In this document: piece after piece, positions 1 through 11,572 of the stretch
How the letters are laid out: each line of letters begins with the position of its first letter
How positions within the stretch are numbered: the stretch's first letter is position 1
DNA from: Zootoca vivipara
Taxonomy: Eukaryota
Direction of reading: 5' to 3'
DNA: 64,000 nucleotides
NCBI RefSeq assembly: GCF_963506605.1
Contig: NC_083294.1
Span: 37,944,001 to 38,008,000 of the forward strand
Notes under the pieces: model-generated
Told to the model about the DNA's origin: nothing
What the model saw: the letters and a program-made list of their open reading frames with translations, nothing else
Database searches by the model: none
Position numbers and translations under genes: made by a program

Positions 1-289
1 GTGATTCCCAGGCCTCTGTGGGGCATGTGAAGAGGCACCTCTCTTTGGGGCGGGGGAGGCAGCTCAGAGACCAGGGTGGCAGTTGCAGCTGCCCAAGACT
101 TCCAAGGAGAGGAGGCTGAGGGAACCCTTCACAAGGGAGGGTGTTTCAAAAGGGGTGAGGAGCTGCCAACTCTGCAGGCAAGGGGTGACATAACTGGGTT
201 TCTGAGCCCTACAGGGGTGCTGCAGAAAGAATGTAGTGATTAACCAAACCAGGCTTATTTGTTACTTGATGCCTGTCATCTTTCTCCAG

Positions 290-3200
290 TTCAGATCCTT
301 GGTTCTGCATACAGAGGGTTATTGTTGGAAGCTCGTGCATTTGGTTCCACAGCTGCACTAGGTTTTTGGCAAACTCCTCCCAATAATACTAAATTATTAC
401 AGGTAAGAGACAAATGGTCATTCTTTGTAGCAAAATCATTCTTGCTGTAGCAAAATCATTGCCAGAAACAATCCCCATTTCCACCCCAAACCAGAGAAGG
501 GTCACAGATTGAACTATACAACTCATAGTTGATCCAGCTAGTTACAGTATTCATTTTTTCTGCACCTACAGTTTGATGAGACACTATGAGTGGTTAAGGA
601 GTGTGTGGCCCTCCAGATGTTGCTGGACTCCAATCAGCTCCAGCCACCATGGCCAGTAGTCAGAGATGATGATAAGATTCGTAGCCCCAAATCTGGACAA
701 TTTAAATATCCCTATCTCTGGGCTGTGGGGATGAAGTTAGTTTAGACTTCCTCACTCTTGTGTCTTCCAGATGTCTTGGGCTACACTTCCCATCAGCTGC
801 ATTAGAGAATTTGACCACATCCTAAATCAGGGGTGGCTAATCTGTGGTCTTCTGAATGCTGTTGAAGCTCTAACTCCCATTATCCTTGATCATTAGACAT
901 GCTGACTTGCGGTAGTGGGAGCTGAGGGTCTGACAATGTCTGGATGGCCACATATTAATCATCCCTGCTCTAAACAGCCTGTCTGTGAAGAAAGGCAACA
1001 TGTTCAGGAGGGCAATGCATCATAAGTCAGAAAGGAAGACCCACATGTCTTTTATTAAAATAAGTGGGAAGTTCAACACTTCTGATATCTGGACAGCAAA
1101 AGTGATCAAAAGTCCTAACATGGCTGGTTCCAAATGTCCAAAACAGGTTTGGGGGAACTTTAGCTCTCCAGATAATGGGATAACGGGAGTTGTCGTTCAG
1201 CCACAGCTAGAGGGGGGATGGCCCCCCACTCTTGGTCTATAAAATGCGTCAAGAATCATAACCTTCAAGATAATGCCATCAGTTTAACTCAGATTGTAAA
1301 ATTCAACATTTGAATTGGAATGTGCCTGGTTAGCTTTTAAAGGCAAACGAACCTCTATATAGGATGAATACTAGGTGGCTGCCTAAAAAAAATGTTGCAG
1401 TATTAAAAATCAGAGCAGGGACCTGGGCAATGTGGGGAAATGAATTTCGTTTACTAATAGACAGTGAAGTTATCTCCCAATATTTCTGGACCGGTTCTAT
1501 AAAAAGTGTTATGGGGTCTTGGTTATGCTTTAAAATAGATAAATTTGAGGAAGCTTATTTAAAGTGACGTTGTGTCTCCTTTTGCAGTGTTCTGGAAATC
1601 CACAAGGCGCAGTGACTCATTCTAACACAAATTTAAAACCAAGACAAGCCAGTTACACGTGGCTTCCACCAAACTCTGGCTGCCCTTCAGTAGTTATATT
1701 TGTGTAAGTTTCACATTTTTTCTAAAATATAGTTGCCTTCCCTAAATCATAATACAGTTGTGAGGATTCTTTGTCCCTCCAGATATTGCTGAAATACAAC
1801 CCTCATCCCTGGCCATTCCTGGCTTGCTTGCTAGAGTTGATGGAAATTGTAGTTCAAGGCAAAGGTTCCCCAATCCTGATCTAGATTTAAGCTCCTTTCC
1901 ATGGCTTCAGAAGTCTCTTTTGATGGCTGCAAACATTACCAGGCAATTAACAGGAGATAATTTTCTCCGTCTGCATGCTATTATTTCATTCTGCCAGGCA
2001 GAAGGCAAGTTTATTTTAAATTATGAGGGTCGTTCATTAAAGATTTCCCCTGACCCACTTCCGGTTATCATGGGTAATGTGTTAATTTGTAGCTCTGAAC
2101 TCCTAACAGTTTCTCTGATACGGGTGCTAATGTGGAGTAACGGCTGATAATGGAACCAGTTGAACGCAGGGCAGTCATAAGGTTCCTGTACTTGAAAGGG
2201 CACACACTGCAGGAAACGTTCGATGAGATGAAAGGGATTTATGGGGAGGATGCCCCATTGTAGGACGTAGTCAAGCACTGCTACTACCGGTATCATCAGT
2301 TCGAGTGTGGTCAGACTTTGGTGGAACGGCTCCCATTCCTGGGCGACCACAGTCTGTTATTGATGAAGGCACCATCCGGCAACTGGAGGCCACCATTCTG
2401 GAGGATCACTGCATAACCATTTGCCAGCTAGCTGCAGATGTCAAGATCAGTGTGGGCTTTGTAGAAAAAAATCATCCATGACCATTTGCACATGGGAAAG
2501 GTGTCCACACAGTGGGTTCCCCAGCTGCTGCCTTTCCAGCAGGAGGAATGAGTTGCATGCTTATGGGCTCGTTTGGCCATGTGTCACAAAAACCATGGCG
2601 ACTTCTTTGCCAGACTAATTACTAATTACTCCGGACAAAACATGGGTCCATCATTATGACCCAGAGACTAAATCCCAGTCCAAACAATGGAAGCACTCTG
2701 CCTCACCACCTCCAACCGTCAGCGGGCAAGATCATGCTCACGGTCTTTTGGGACCAGTGCGGAATAGCGATGATGGATTTCCTGGCAAAGGGTACCACAA
2801 TTACCGGGACATATTGTGCTTCACTGCTGCAGAAATTGTGGAAGGCCATCAAAACCGAGAGGCGTGGTATGGAGACCAAAGGTGTCTGCCTCCTGCAGGA
2901 TAAGGCCCCATTCACAACTCACATGTTGCTCAGACAGAACCATGGTCCTGTGGCCATGAAATCCTTCCTCACCCTCCTTATTATCCCAACCTTGCACCAT
3001 CAGACTTCCACCTCTTTCCAACCATGAAGTTATTTTTGAAGGGCAAGCTTTTTCCAGACGATGAAATGCTGATTTCTGAGGTCAAGTCATGGCTTCTGAC
3101 GCAACCTGCCGACTTCTACCAACGAGGTTCCCACAACTGCATAAAGCAATGGGAGAAGTGTGTGACTCTTGCTGGTAGCTATGTGGAGAAGGACTAACAA

Positions 3201-3351
3201 CTGTGCCCAGTTTCATTTGTCTCAGTCCATGGGAAGTATGTCAGGGGAAATCTTTAACCCTTGTATAATGAACTTTAGGGGCTGCATCAAAGTAATTACA
3301 AACTGAAGAGGGTTTTTAAAAAAATAATATTATTAAATATTATTAAATAAT

Positions 3352-3390
<39 letters not shown>

Positions 3391-4451
3391 GTAGGAGTAG
3401 GCAGAGCCCAATCTCTCAATATGCATTGTAATTGTGATGTCCCTTTTCCTATTCTATCAGGGCTACAGTCGCCCAGTCTCATGACATCTACTGGACCAAT
3501 GTCAAATCCAAAGTGATCTGGAGAAGTGAGTAGCTCACCACTTTGTTGTGTGAAATAAGCTCCCAGTCTCAAGGTAACATCTCCTTTGAGATTGAATAGG
3601 CCACAAGTACAGATGGCATTGGGATAAATATATCCCAGTAACACAGCCTTCACCAACCTGGTGCCCTCGATGTTAGTAACTAGAAGTCCCATCAACCCCA
3701 GCCAGCATTGCCTGTGGGATGGCTTTAAACTTGTAGTCAAACATTTGAAGGGAACAAGATTGGTGAAGGGCAATAACATCAGCTGGTATAGCTCTTTGCT
3801 TGGGGTTACTGGGTTACATGCGACTGCCTTGTTTGATAGTCTCTGGCCCTAGCAAAATCCTTAACTATGATGGAAGTTGATGAGTATACCTTTCATTTAA
3901 AACAGACACATTATTGTTGGGGGAGAAACTGAATGCATAAAACTCAAAAGATGTCAGGATGTGGTGTTGCAAATTTTATGCTTTGTGCCCCATTGGAGCC
4001 AAAAGCAACTAACATTGACTGGAAAAGATGCACAATGTATTAACGTAATTTCTGGAGCATCACTGAAAAAATGCCCAATGGTCTGAATGATGTGCCTTGC
4101 CTGCTTCTTAATGCACTAACACAGTGAGGAGCATGTGTGCTCAATGGCCATGGGATGCTGACAGATTGTTGATGGATGGGGAGGAAACAGAAAACCAGGT
4201 GAAAATGGGGAGAAATGAAATATACTGGAAAGGGCATGATTAGGGGTCTGAGAACCCAAACAGGCCCATTTCACACCACAACATTTTGTTGCAAGCTCCA
4301 CTTGTATCTCAACTTTAACCTGTATCTTCGACTCTGGCTTTCCACCATTGCAGATTCCAAAGCTACCTGTGCAGCGGAATCATTTACAAGGTCACTATCT
4401 GCTGATGCAGCAATCTTCTCTCTGCTCCTGATTTTACTGGGATACATTTAG
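290..4451 (+). CDS. Reeler-domain secreted/GPI-anchored protein (FRRS1-N/PLET1/insect defense-protein-like); last four coding exons, 5' exons lie upstream of the window
   Basis: Four AG/GT-bounded, phase-compatible exons: 290-402 (VQILGSAYRGLLLEARAFGSTAALGFWQTPPNNTKLLQ), 1588-1703 (CSGNPQGAVTHSNTNLKPRQASYTWLPPNSGCPSVVIF), 3461-3525 (VATVAQSHDIYWTNVKSKVIWR), 4354-4451 (NSKATCAAESFTRSLSADAAIFSLLLILLGYI*). Reeler hallmarks RGxLLxAR, C...AVTH, W.PP and F.ATV.Q...W are present. Hydrophobic C-terminus; AATAAA at 4527-4532. Confidence 0.85.
2022..3265 (+). mobile_element. Decayed full-length mariner (Tc1/mariner) DNA transposon in an intron of the Reeler gene
   Basis: TA-flanked imperfect TIRs (TGAGGGTCGTTCATTAAAGATTTCCCCTGAC ... 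GTCAGGGGAAATCTTTAA..CCCTTG). Transposase remnants MEPVERRAVIRFLYLKG, WVP, YDPETK, PSAGKIMLTVFWD and YPNLAPSDFHLFP, broken by stops and frameshifts. Confidence 0.9.
3352..3389. repeat. (ATG)n microsatellite
   Basis: Run of tandem ATG/TGA units seen directly. Confidence 0.95.
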
Positions 4452-5029
4452 AAACCAGCATACAGCAATTTACTTGCATTCTTTAGTAATCTGAACACAT
4501 TGTTTTGTGTAGGAGATGCATTAAATAATAAAAAGCTCTGCTCACTGCAGTGAAGACTTTCCTGAACTTGTGCTTGCTGTTTCAACTGGCATTTTGTGTA
4601 CAGCTTTTGTGCTGCTTCTAATATAATCTTTAAAACACTGGGGATTGGATAGATTATAAAAAAATACCGTAAGTGTTTACACTCCCAAGTGCATGTTTAA
4701 TGAAAACTGGGCAACATCCAGTGATGTTCATCCACTTGTACAAAGGAAACTCCCTTGTGCAACAGGACTTCTGGTTCCTCTTTTCCCCCTACAGCTCCTC
4801 ATATCCCCACAGTATCTGTTCCAAAGCATCCCTCAACTCTCCAGAGCAGATTTTGGGGCTACAGATGGAGTTGCAGAGAGAATGAAGCAGTCCTGTTGTG
4901 CAAGCAGACTTTACTCCCATGACACTGGATGTCTCAAAAAGAGCCTTAACTCACCTAAAGGGTGAAACAGGCTTGGTCGATCTTCCAGGGAAAGAATCCC
5001 ATGACACTACCATAAAAAGGCTCTGCACT

Positions 5030-5305
5030 TTGTTGTTGTTGTTTAGTCATGTCCGACTCTTCGTGACCCCATGGACCAGAGCACGCCAGGCACTTCTGTC
5101 TTCCACTGCCTCCCGCAGTTTGGTCACTCATGTTCGTAGCTTCGAGAACACTGTCCAACCATCTCATCCTCTGTCATCCCCTTCTCCTAGTGCCCTCCAT
5201 CTTTCCCAACATCAGGGTCTTTTCCAAGGATTCTTCTCTTCTCATGAGGTGGCCAAAGTATTGGAGCCTCAGCTTCAGGATCTGTCCTTCCAGTGAGCAC
5301 TCGGG
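5030..5305 (-). mobile_element. BovB (RTE) LINE 3' end fragment
   Basis: Near-identical to the 3' end of the BovB copy at 31467-33139; (CAA)n tail. Confidence 0.9.
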
Positions 5306-6696
5306 ACCTAGTATCTGCTAACAGAGGCATGTTTGAGAGCAGAGCCCCTGAAACCAACTGGAGGCTCAGACAAATTCATGTGGCAAGTTCTGGTAACTTT
5401 GTCCCAGGCTATTAACAGCCTTAAGGGTCAATGTCTAATTCTTTAAACTAGGCTTAAAAGCAAACAGGCAACCTAGCCAATTGATATAAAATTGGCATAA
5501 TATGCTCCAAGTTTGAAAACCCACAAACGTTCTGTTCCGACCACTCAATTCCAGTGTCATAGATTGATTTTCTCTAGATCAGGGGTGGAGGGACCACATT
5601 CCTTTATGAGCAACCTTTGGAGTGGGGGCACACACTAGTGGTGGGCGGACCATGGGTATGACTTTCACCTTTGCACAGTAGACTACATTCCAGCCATGCA
5701 GAAGTCAAAGTTTTCTATACTCTCATACCACACATTTTTCTATCCAGGCAAGCGAGAGGCATTATTATTACAGTTCACATTCCGGCCAGGCAAAACTACT
5801 CAGGCAGGGTGAGGAACTGGCCTAGGGAAAGTCACTATGGCTGGATAGAAACCTGAAGGGCCAACATTGGCACAAAGGCCTGTTCTAGAAACATCCACAG
5901 CTTGTGAAATGGTAAATACTACCTGAGGATCCAAAGATAAAGCTGTGTCCAGGAGCACCATGCCTGCATATTTGTTCCTTCAGGAAGAGTAAAGTCATAA
6001 GCCCTAAACATAGCACTTTCATCTTATCAGGATTACGTTTCAGCTAGTTCCATCCATGTTCATGCCAAAACGGAACTTCAAAACACTGATTCAGGATAAC
6101 CACCACCTCCTTAGGTTTAGAAACCAGGGGTAAGAAACCTTTGGCCTTCCTACAGTGGCTAAATTATGACTCCCATCGGTCCTAGCAAGCTGGCCAATGA
6201 TGCAGTTCAGCATCATCTGGAGAGCCAAAGGTTCCCCACACCTGGCATAGATGGTGAAAATGAGAACAAACTGTGGCCATTATTATACCCAACTCTGCAG
6301 CTGATGTGTCCCATTGGTTTCATGTAGTAATCAAAGAGCAAAGAACAACAATCTGGCACCCATTAAAATAGGGGTAAGTCAACATGGTGCCCCCACATGT
6401 TTTGGACTAATAGTGCCATCACTCAAGCCAACAACAGCAACCATGTGTTAAGAGCAATGTATCAAATGTACCTTTCATGAAGGTCAGCATGAAAAACAAA
6501 CCCAATACAGTATTTTGTCTGTCTTGTCAACATTCTCACATTTGCATTATTTCAATCTGTATTTTATTTCTTTATTGCAATTTTATTGGTACAGTATTAG
6601 AAGCTTATTGTCCTCTCTCCTCATGGGATTATGATCAACATGCTCCACACTTTGTCAAATACATGTTTATTAAGTTGCTTTCATTGCACCATGGTT

Positions 6697-9600
6697 TTAC
6701 TTAATGTTCTCCAAACCCTGGAAAATAAAAAGTGAAGCAAATGAGTTAAATGTGTCCGCTGTGCACAACGCTGCTGCTATCAAATTACACTATATAATCA
6801 GGTTTAACAAACCTCTTTTCAAGGTGGTGTCTTCCTTAATCCTACCAACAGAAAAATACTAATTGCGCAAACACAAAGTAAGTTGCTCAACTTTTAATAC
6901 TAACAAGCGCAGGCAGGTTTGCTGTTTCCTTTGTTACATCAGGCTGCCACTGACAGAATTGCTCTGCCATCACAGAGTCTGGAAAGAAGACTCCTTAGGG
7001 CAGGAGTGGGGAACTTTTGGCCCTTGAGATGTTGCTGAACTGCAACTCCCATCAGTCCTAGAAAATACAACAAATGGTCAGGCATGATGGGAGTTGTAGT
7101 TTGGAAAGTTCATAAGTCTTTAAAGATGCCATGGGGAATCTACACAAGTAATGACAGCTGTTCTCCAACTTATGGAAGATGATCAGGAATGCACAAGAAG
7201 GGGCAGGGCATGCACGGCCATCCCTGTTTCTTTCTTCACATCATTAACATCATGTGGAGAAACACATGTCTGAAAAAGGCTCTGCTATGAGCAGAACATG
7301 CCATGCGCATTATAATATTGAACACAGAAGGATAAAAATAACATTGTGCAGAGGAACATTTAGGGGCCAAAACAAATGTAAACTGTTGTGGCATTTAGCT
7401 CCCCATCCCCACAAAAAAATAGTGTTGTGACTTTGCAACTAGACAGCAGCATGCAAGGAAGTTTGTTCAAACCAACCTTGGAGTCATAGTACTGATTTAC
7501 TCCAGACACACGCTTGTCTCTCTGCATCAGGTACCACTGATAGGTGTTCCGAGCAATTCTCTTCTCCTGGGCACATAAGAAATAAGGTGGACAATGTGTA
7601 GACAAGAGGCAGTGGGAGACAGATAAAGTGAGAAGAATTAAAGCAAAGTTGACAAAAAATGTGAAATATTGAAAAATTCAACAGATGCGTGCAGACCTAT
7701 TCCTTTTTTGAGATGAAAAGCAGACTGCTCAGTCCTGCTTCACAGCCTAGTAACGAGGCTCAGATATACACATGACAGACTATCCTTGTCATTCTTAGCT
7801 GAAGGTATGATTATTTGGATGTCATGGGCAATTCAGGGGACAACACTGTGGGGTTCAATAGATGTGGTTTAAGAAAGCCTAATCTGAACACCACTTCTGC
7901 AAACTGCAGGTGTGAGTGAGGCTCATTTCACTTAATATGCCCACCCCAAAAAGAATATATTCATAAACAAAGAAAATCAACTAGAGTTTCAGCTTTAACA
8001 TATTTGTTAATGGTTTATTTGTTAATTTAATTTTTATTAATTTTACTAAAATTTCATTTTCTTACAATTTTTTCTTACTATTATTACTATTATTATTTTA
8101 ATTTGGTGTTTGTCTGCAGACAGTTTTTCAGGTCATGTGGCCAGCATGACTTAAGCCGCTTCTGGTGCAACAGAACACCGAAACCAGAGCAGCGCATAGA
8201 AACGCCATTTACCTTCCCGCCAGAGTGGTACCTATTTATCTATTTGCACTTTTTGGCGTTCTTTCGAACTAGGTTGCCAGGAACTGGGACTGAGCAACAG
8301 GAGCTCACCCCACTGCGTGGATTCGAACCACCAACCTTCTGATTGGCAAGCCCAAGAGGCTCAGTGGTTTAGACTACAGCGCCACCCACATCCCATTTGT
8401 TATTGTTAACTACTTTTAAAATATTTATTTTCCTCTCCTGTAATACTCTACTAGCCGCCCTAGAATAAACCTACAATGAAAGTGTAGGGCAGTGGTTTCA
8501 ACCAATGTGCCGCAGCACCACAGGGTGAGTTGAATGGTGGTCAAGACTGCTGTGGGCAACAATGGCTTCTGTCCCTCTTTCCTTCCCTTCCTCCTCTGAT
8601 GCCCTCTCACGTATCTGCCTCCCAAAGGCTTGTGCGGCTGTTTGTTGCAGCAGCCCTTGCTACAAGCACCACAGGTGAATGGTGCCTCTGGGGCTGGCCA
8701 GGGGAGAGGAGAGGAGGCTGAGGGAACACTCTACAAGAGAGGTTGTTTGAGAAAGGGTGAGACGCTGTCAGCTCTGCAGGCAAGAACCGTAGAAAGAATG
8801 TACTTGGTCAAGGGAGCCATGGACTCAAAAAGGTTGAAAACCTCTGGTGTAGGATATAAATTACACAAATAAATAAAACATGTCCAGGCCTCATGTACTG
8901 TGCCTTTGTCACATTCAGACTGGGCAACCAGATGCCTATGGGAACCTAAGTAAAACACCACTATCCCAACATGTGAACCGCAGCAACTGATATTCAGAGA
9001 CATACTGCCTCTGATACAGGAGGTAGTACATACCAGTGGCTAATAGTCCTTGAAAGCATTAGCCTCAGTGAATTTGACCAACCACTTCTTAAAGCTATCC
9101 AAGCTGGTGGCCATCACTGCATCTCCCGGGAGTGAATTCCATAGTTGAAGAGTGTTTTCTTTTGTTTGCTTTGAATCTTCCAGCATTCTGCTTCATTGGA
9201 TGGCCCTGGGTTTTAATATTATGAAATGGGGGCGGGGGACGATGACACAACTCTCCCTATCCTTATGGGCTTTAAAGCCTTAAAAAGGTTTTTGTCACAG
9301 TTATTCGAAGGGCTGTCAGTTCCCACACCCAGCTGCCCATTCTCTGAGATGAGCCACCAGGTGAAGGTGAATTGCCAGGCAAAAGGCAGTCTAAGAAATG
9401 AGTCAAACATGCTGGAGCAGGCCAATGAGCCATCAAATCCAGTGTCCTTTTGCTCACAGTGGCTGCCCAGATGCATATGGGAAACCTATAAACACAAACA
9501 CAACAGCACTCTCCCTGTCATTTCCAGAAACTTATATTTGGAAGCATTGCTGCCTCTGACTGTGGAGGCACCAGAGCATAGCTATCATGGCAAGTACCGT

Positions 9601-10329
9601 AGCTTTGTCCTCCATAAATTTGTCCAATCCTCTCTTAAAGCCATCTCCATGGTAGCCCCACATCTTTGGAGTTCATTACCAACAGAATCAACATTGCAGC
9701 CCTTTCAGAAAGGTCTGAAAACAATTCTTCTTGCTAGGTTTCTCCTGAAATGTATTGCTTTCATTATTATGATTTTGCTGTTGCCTTTGATTACATTTTA
9801 GAAATTCTGGGTCACTTGCTTGTTTTCTTAGGTCTCTGAGGCCTCCTGGCGTTAATACGCAAGTACTGCACGTTGGATTTTGGGTTGCATATTAGACGAT
9901 TTCTTCAGAGAGTTTCAAAGGCGGCGTGCAATTCACTTAAAATTATTATTTACACCCAAAAGGTTCTCAGGGCAGCTTAAAGACCAGCCCCCCCAATCCC
10001 ACCAGTTTTAAGAGACCCTCTGAAAAGTCATGGCAGGCAAGGGAAAAGAACGGAGGGGGGGAGCAAACTCAAGCTCTAAAAGCCGCTGTTCCTAAATCGA
10101 TTACACACTGTACATTTAACACAAACAAGTTCTTAAAGATACAACAATTCCTAAATCAGCAATATGGGATTTCAGAAAAGGAGAGGGGAGATGGGGATTC
10201 GTGAGGAGGCGCTGACATGCCACGCACCTTGTGCCCGTTGGTGTATTTGTGGATGTAGGCGGTGGCCACGCCAGGGATGACCAAGCACACGTACATGACG
10301 CCCAAGCTAGGCAAGATCTCGTACCACAT
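6697..10329 (-). CDS. NDUFA1: NADH:ubiquinone oxidoreductase subunit A1 (MWFE), 70 aa
   Basis: Exons 10329-10228 ([34 protein letters not shown]), 7566-7477 ([30 protein letters not shown]), 6717-6697 (GLENIK*). GT-AG introns; AATAAA on the minus strand at 6666-6671; closely matches recalled mammalian MWFE. Confidence 0.97.
8103..8392 (-). mobile_element. Sauria SINE
   Basis: Same family as 16410-16766, 17452-17766, 35880-36235 and 42395-42735; tRNA-like head GGTGGCGCTGTAGTCTAAACC...GGTTCGAATCC. Confidence 0.85.
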
Positions 10330-11572
10330 CCCGACGGCTGCGCGGCTCTTTCCCTCCGCGACCCTGGCGACCTCTCAATCAGCAGAGCTGCCACACGGCT
10401 TCCCTCAAAGCAGAGCTGGTGCTCCTGCGCATGCTCCGCCAACAGCCCTTCTATCGCGAGATTCAGGCAGCGTGGCCCAGAATGCTACCTTCCCTTCCTC
10501 CCCCAACTCCGCCCCAAACGCGCCAGCTGCGCATGCGCTATCCGCCCCGCTAGCATGGTCACGACAGGGTTACGGGGTGATGTTGCTATGGCGACAAGCC
10601 CCGCGGAACGCTCTGAGGCGATTTGTTTGGTTTCTGTTTAAAGGCTCAGTGGATATCGCTCTCCGCTCTTACAGTAAATATCTTACACTATATCTTACAG
10701 TATAGATACACCTGTACCTATATATAAAAACCACGATATATACTCGAACTGTTAGGTGCCTGGCAGGCCGCAGTGCATGCCGGGAATTGAACTTCTTAAA
10801 GATGCGTGGAACTTTTTAGTGGGTGGGCGCAGCATGCTGGGAGATGTAGTCTCGAAGCATCCAGCGAATTAAAACGCCCCACTAAAATTAGGCAACCTCT
10901 CCGCTGGGCAGTGCATGCTGGGAGACGTATTCTCGAAGCATTCAGCGAATTGAAATGCCCCACTAAAATTAAGCCACCTCTCCGCGGGGGCTGAGCATGC
11001 TGGGAGATGTAGTCCCGAAGCATCCCGCGAATTGAAGGGCCTCACTGAGATGAGGCAACGTCTCCTCAGGGCGGTGCATGCCGGGAGACGTATTCTCGAA
11101 GCATCCAGCCAATTGAAGCGCCCTACTAAAATTAGGCAACCTCTCAGGGGGCGATGCATGCTGGGAGACGTAGTCCCAAAGTCTCCGACGAATTGAAACG
11201 CCCCACTAAGAGGATGAAACCTGTCCGCGGTGCATGCTGGGAGATGTAGTCGCGAAGCCTCCAGCGAATTGAAGCGCCCCACTGAGATAGGCAACCTCGG
11301 AGCATGCTGGGAGGTGTAGTTGCGGGAAAGCGCCTCTCCACTGGGTCTGAGCGCCAGGACCTCCTCTCGCCGGCCGCGGGGGCGCTGTGGCGCAGCTGTT
11401 TACTATGCTGCTACTGCCGGCGGCGGCGTCCCGCTCTCCCCCTCCCGTTCCTGCGAGAGCAGCGGCGGCCAATGGGCGCGCGGATCTGGCGAGGCGCGGG
11501 CGGAGGGAGACATCGGCAGCGCGGGCGGGGGCGTTGGCGGGCGAAGGCCTGATGCGGCTCTCCGCGTTCGCG
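10330..11572. promoter_or_regulatory. Bidirectional CpG-island promoter shared by NDUFA1 and UPF3B
   Basis: Divergent ATGs at 10329 (-) and 11573 (+). CpG-rich; NRF1-like TGCGCATGC at 10426 and TGCGCATGCGC at 10528-10538; RFX X-box-like GTTGCTATGGCGAC at 10582-10595; CCAAT and GC boxes near 11470-11530. Confidence 0.9.
10775..11325. repeat. Tandem ~70-82 bp repeat, each unit starting with a ZNF143/Staf-type site (GCATGCTGGGAGATGTAGT)
   Basis: GCATGC(T/C)GGGA begins at 10775, 10832, 10913, 10995, 11076, 11156, 11232 and 11302; the six middle units also share ...CGAAGC..CC..CGAATTGAA.CGCCCCACT.. Confidence 0.9.

Noticed and set aside
3333-3779. 148-aa minus-strand ORF with a poly-Ile tail
   Set aside because: Antisense to a Reeler exon; includes MITE sequence, and the Ile run comes from the (ATG)n microsatellite.
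1-6600. AKAP14, expected downstream of NDUFA1 from mammalian synteny
   Set aside because: I found no minus-strand exon resembling AKAP14; it may lie outside the window.
9226-9801. 191-aa ORF in NDUFA1 intron 1
   Set aside because: A patchwork of SINE/L2 tail remnants with no recognisable domain.
10775-11325. CRISPR-like regular repeat array
   Set aside because: The sequences between the conserved motifs are homologous to one another rather than unique spacers; the context is a vertebrate promoter with no cas genes.
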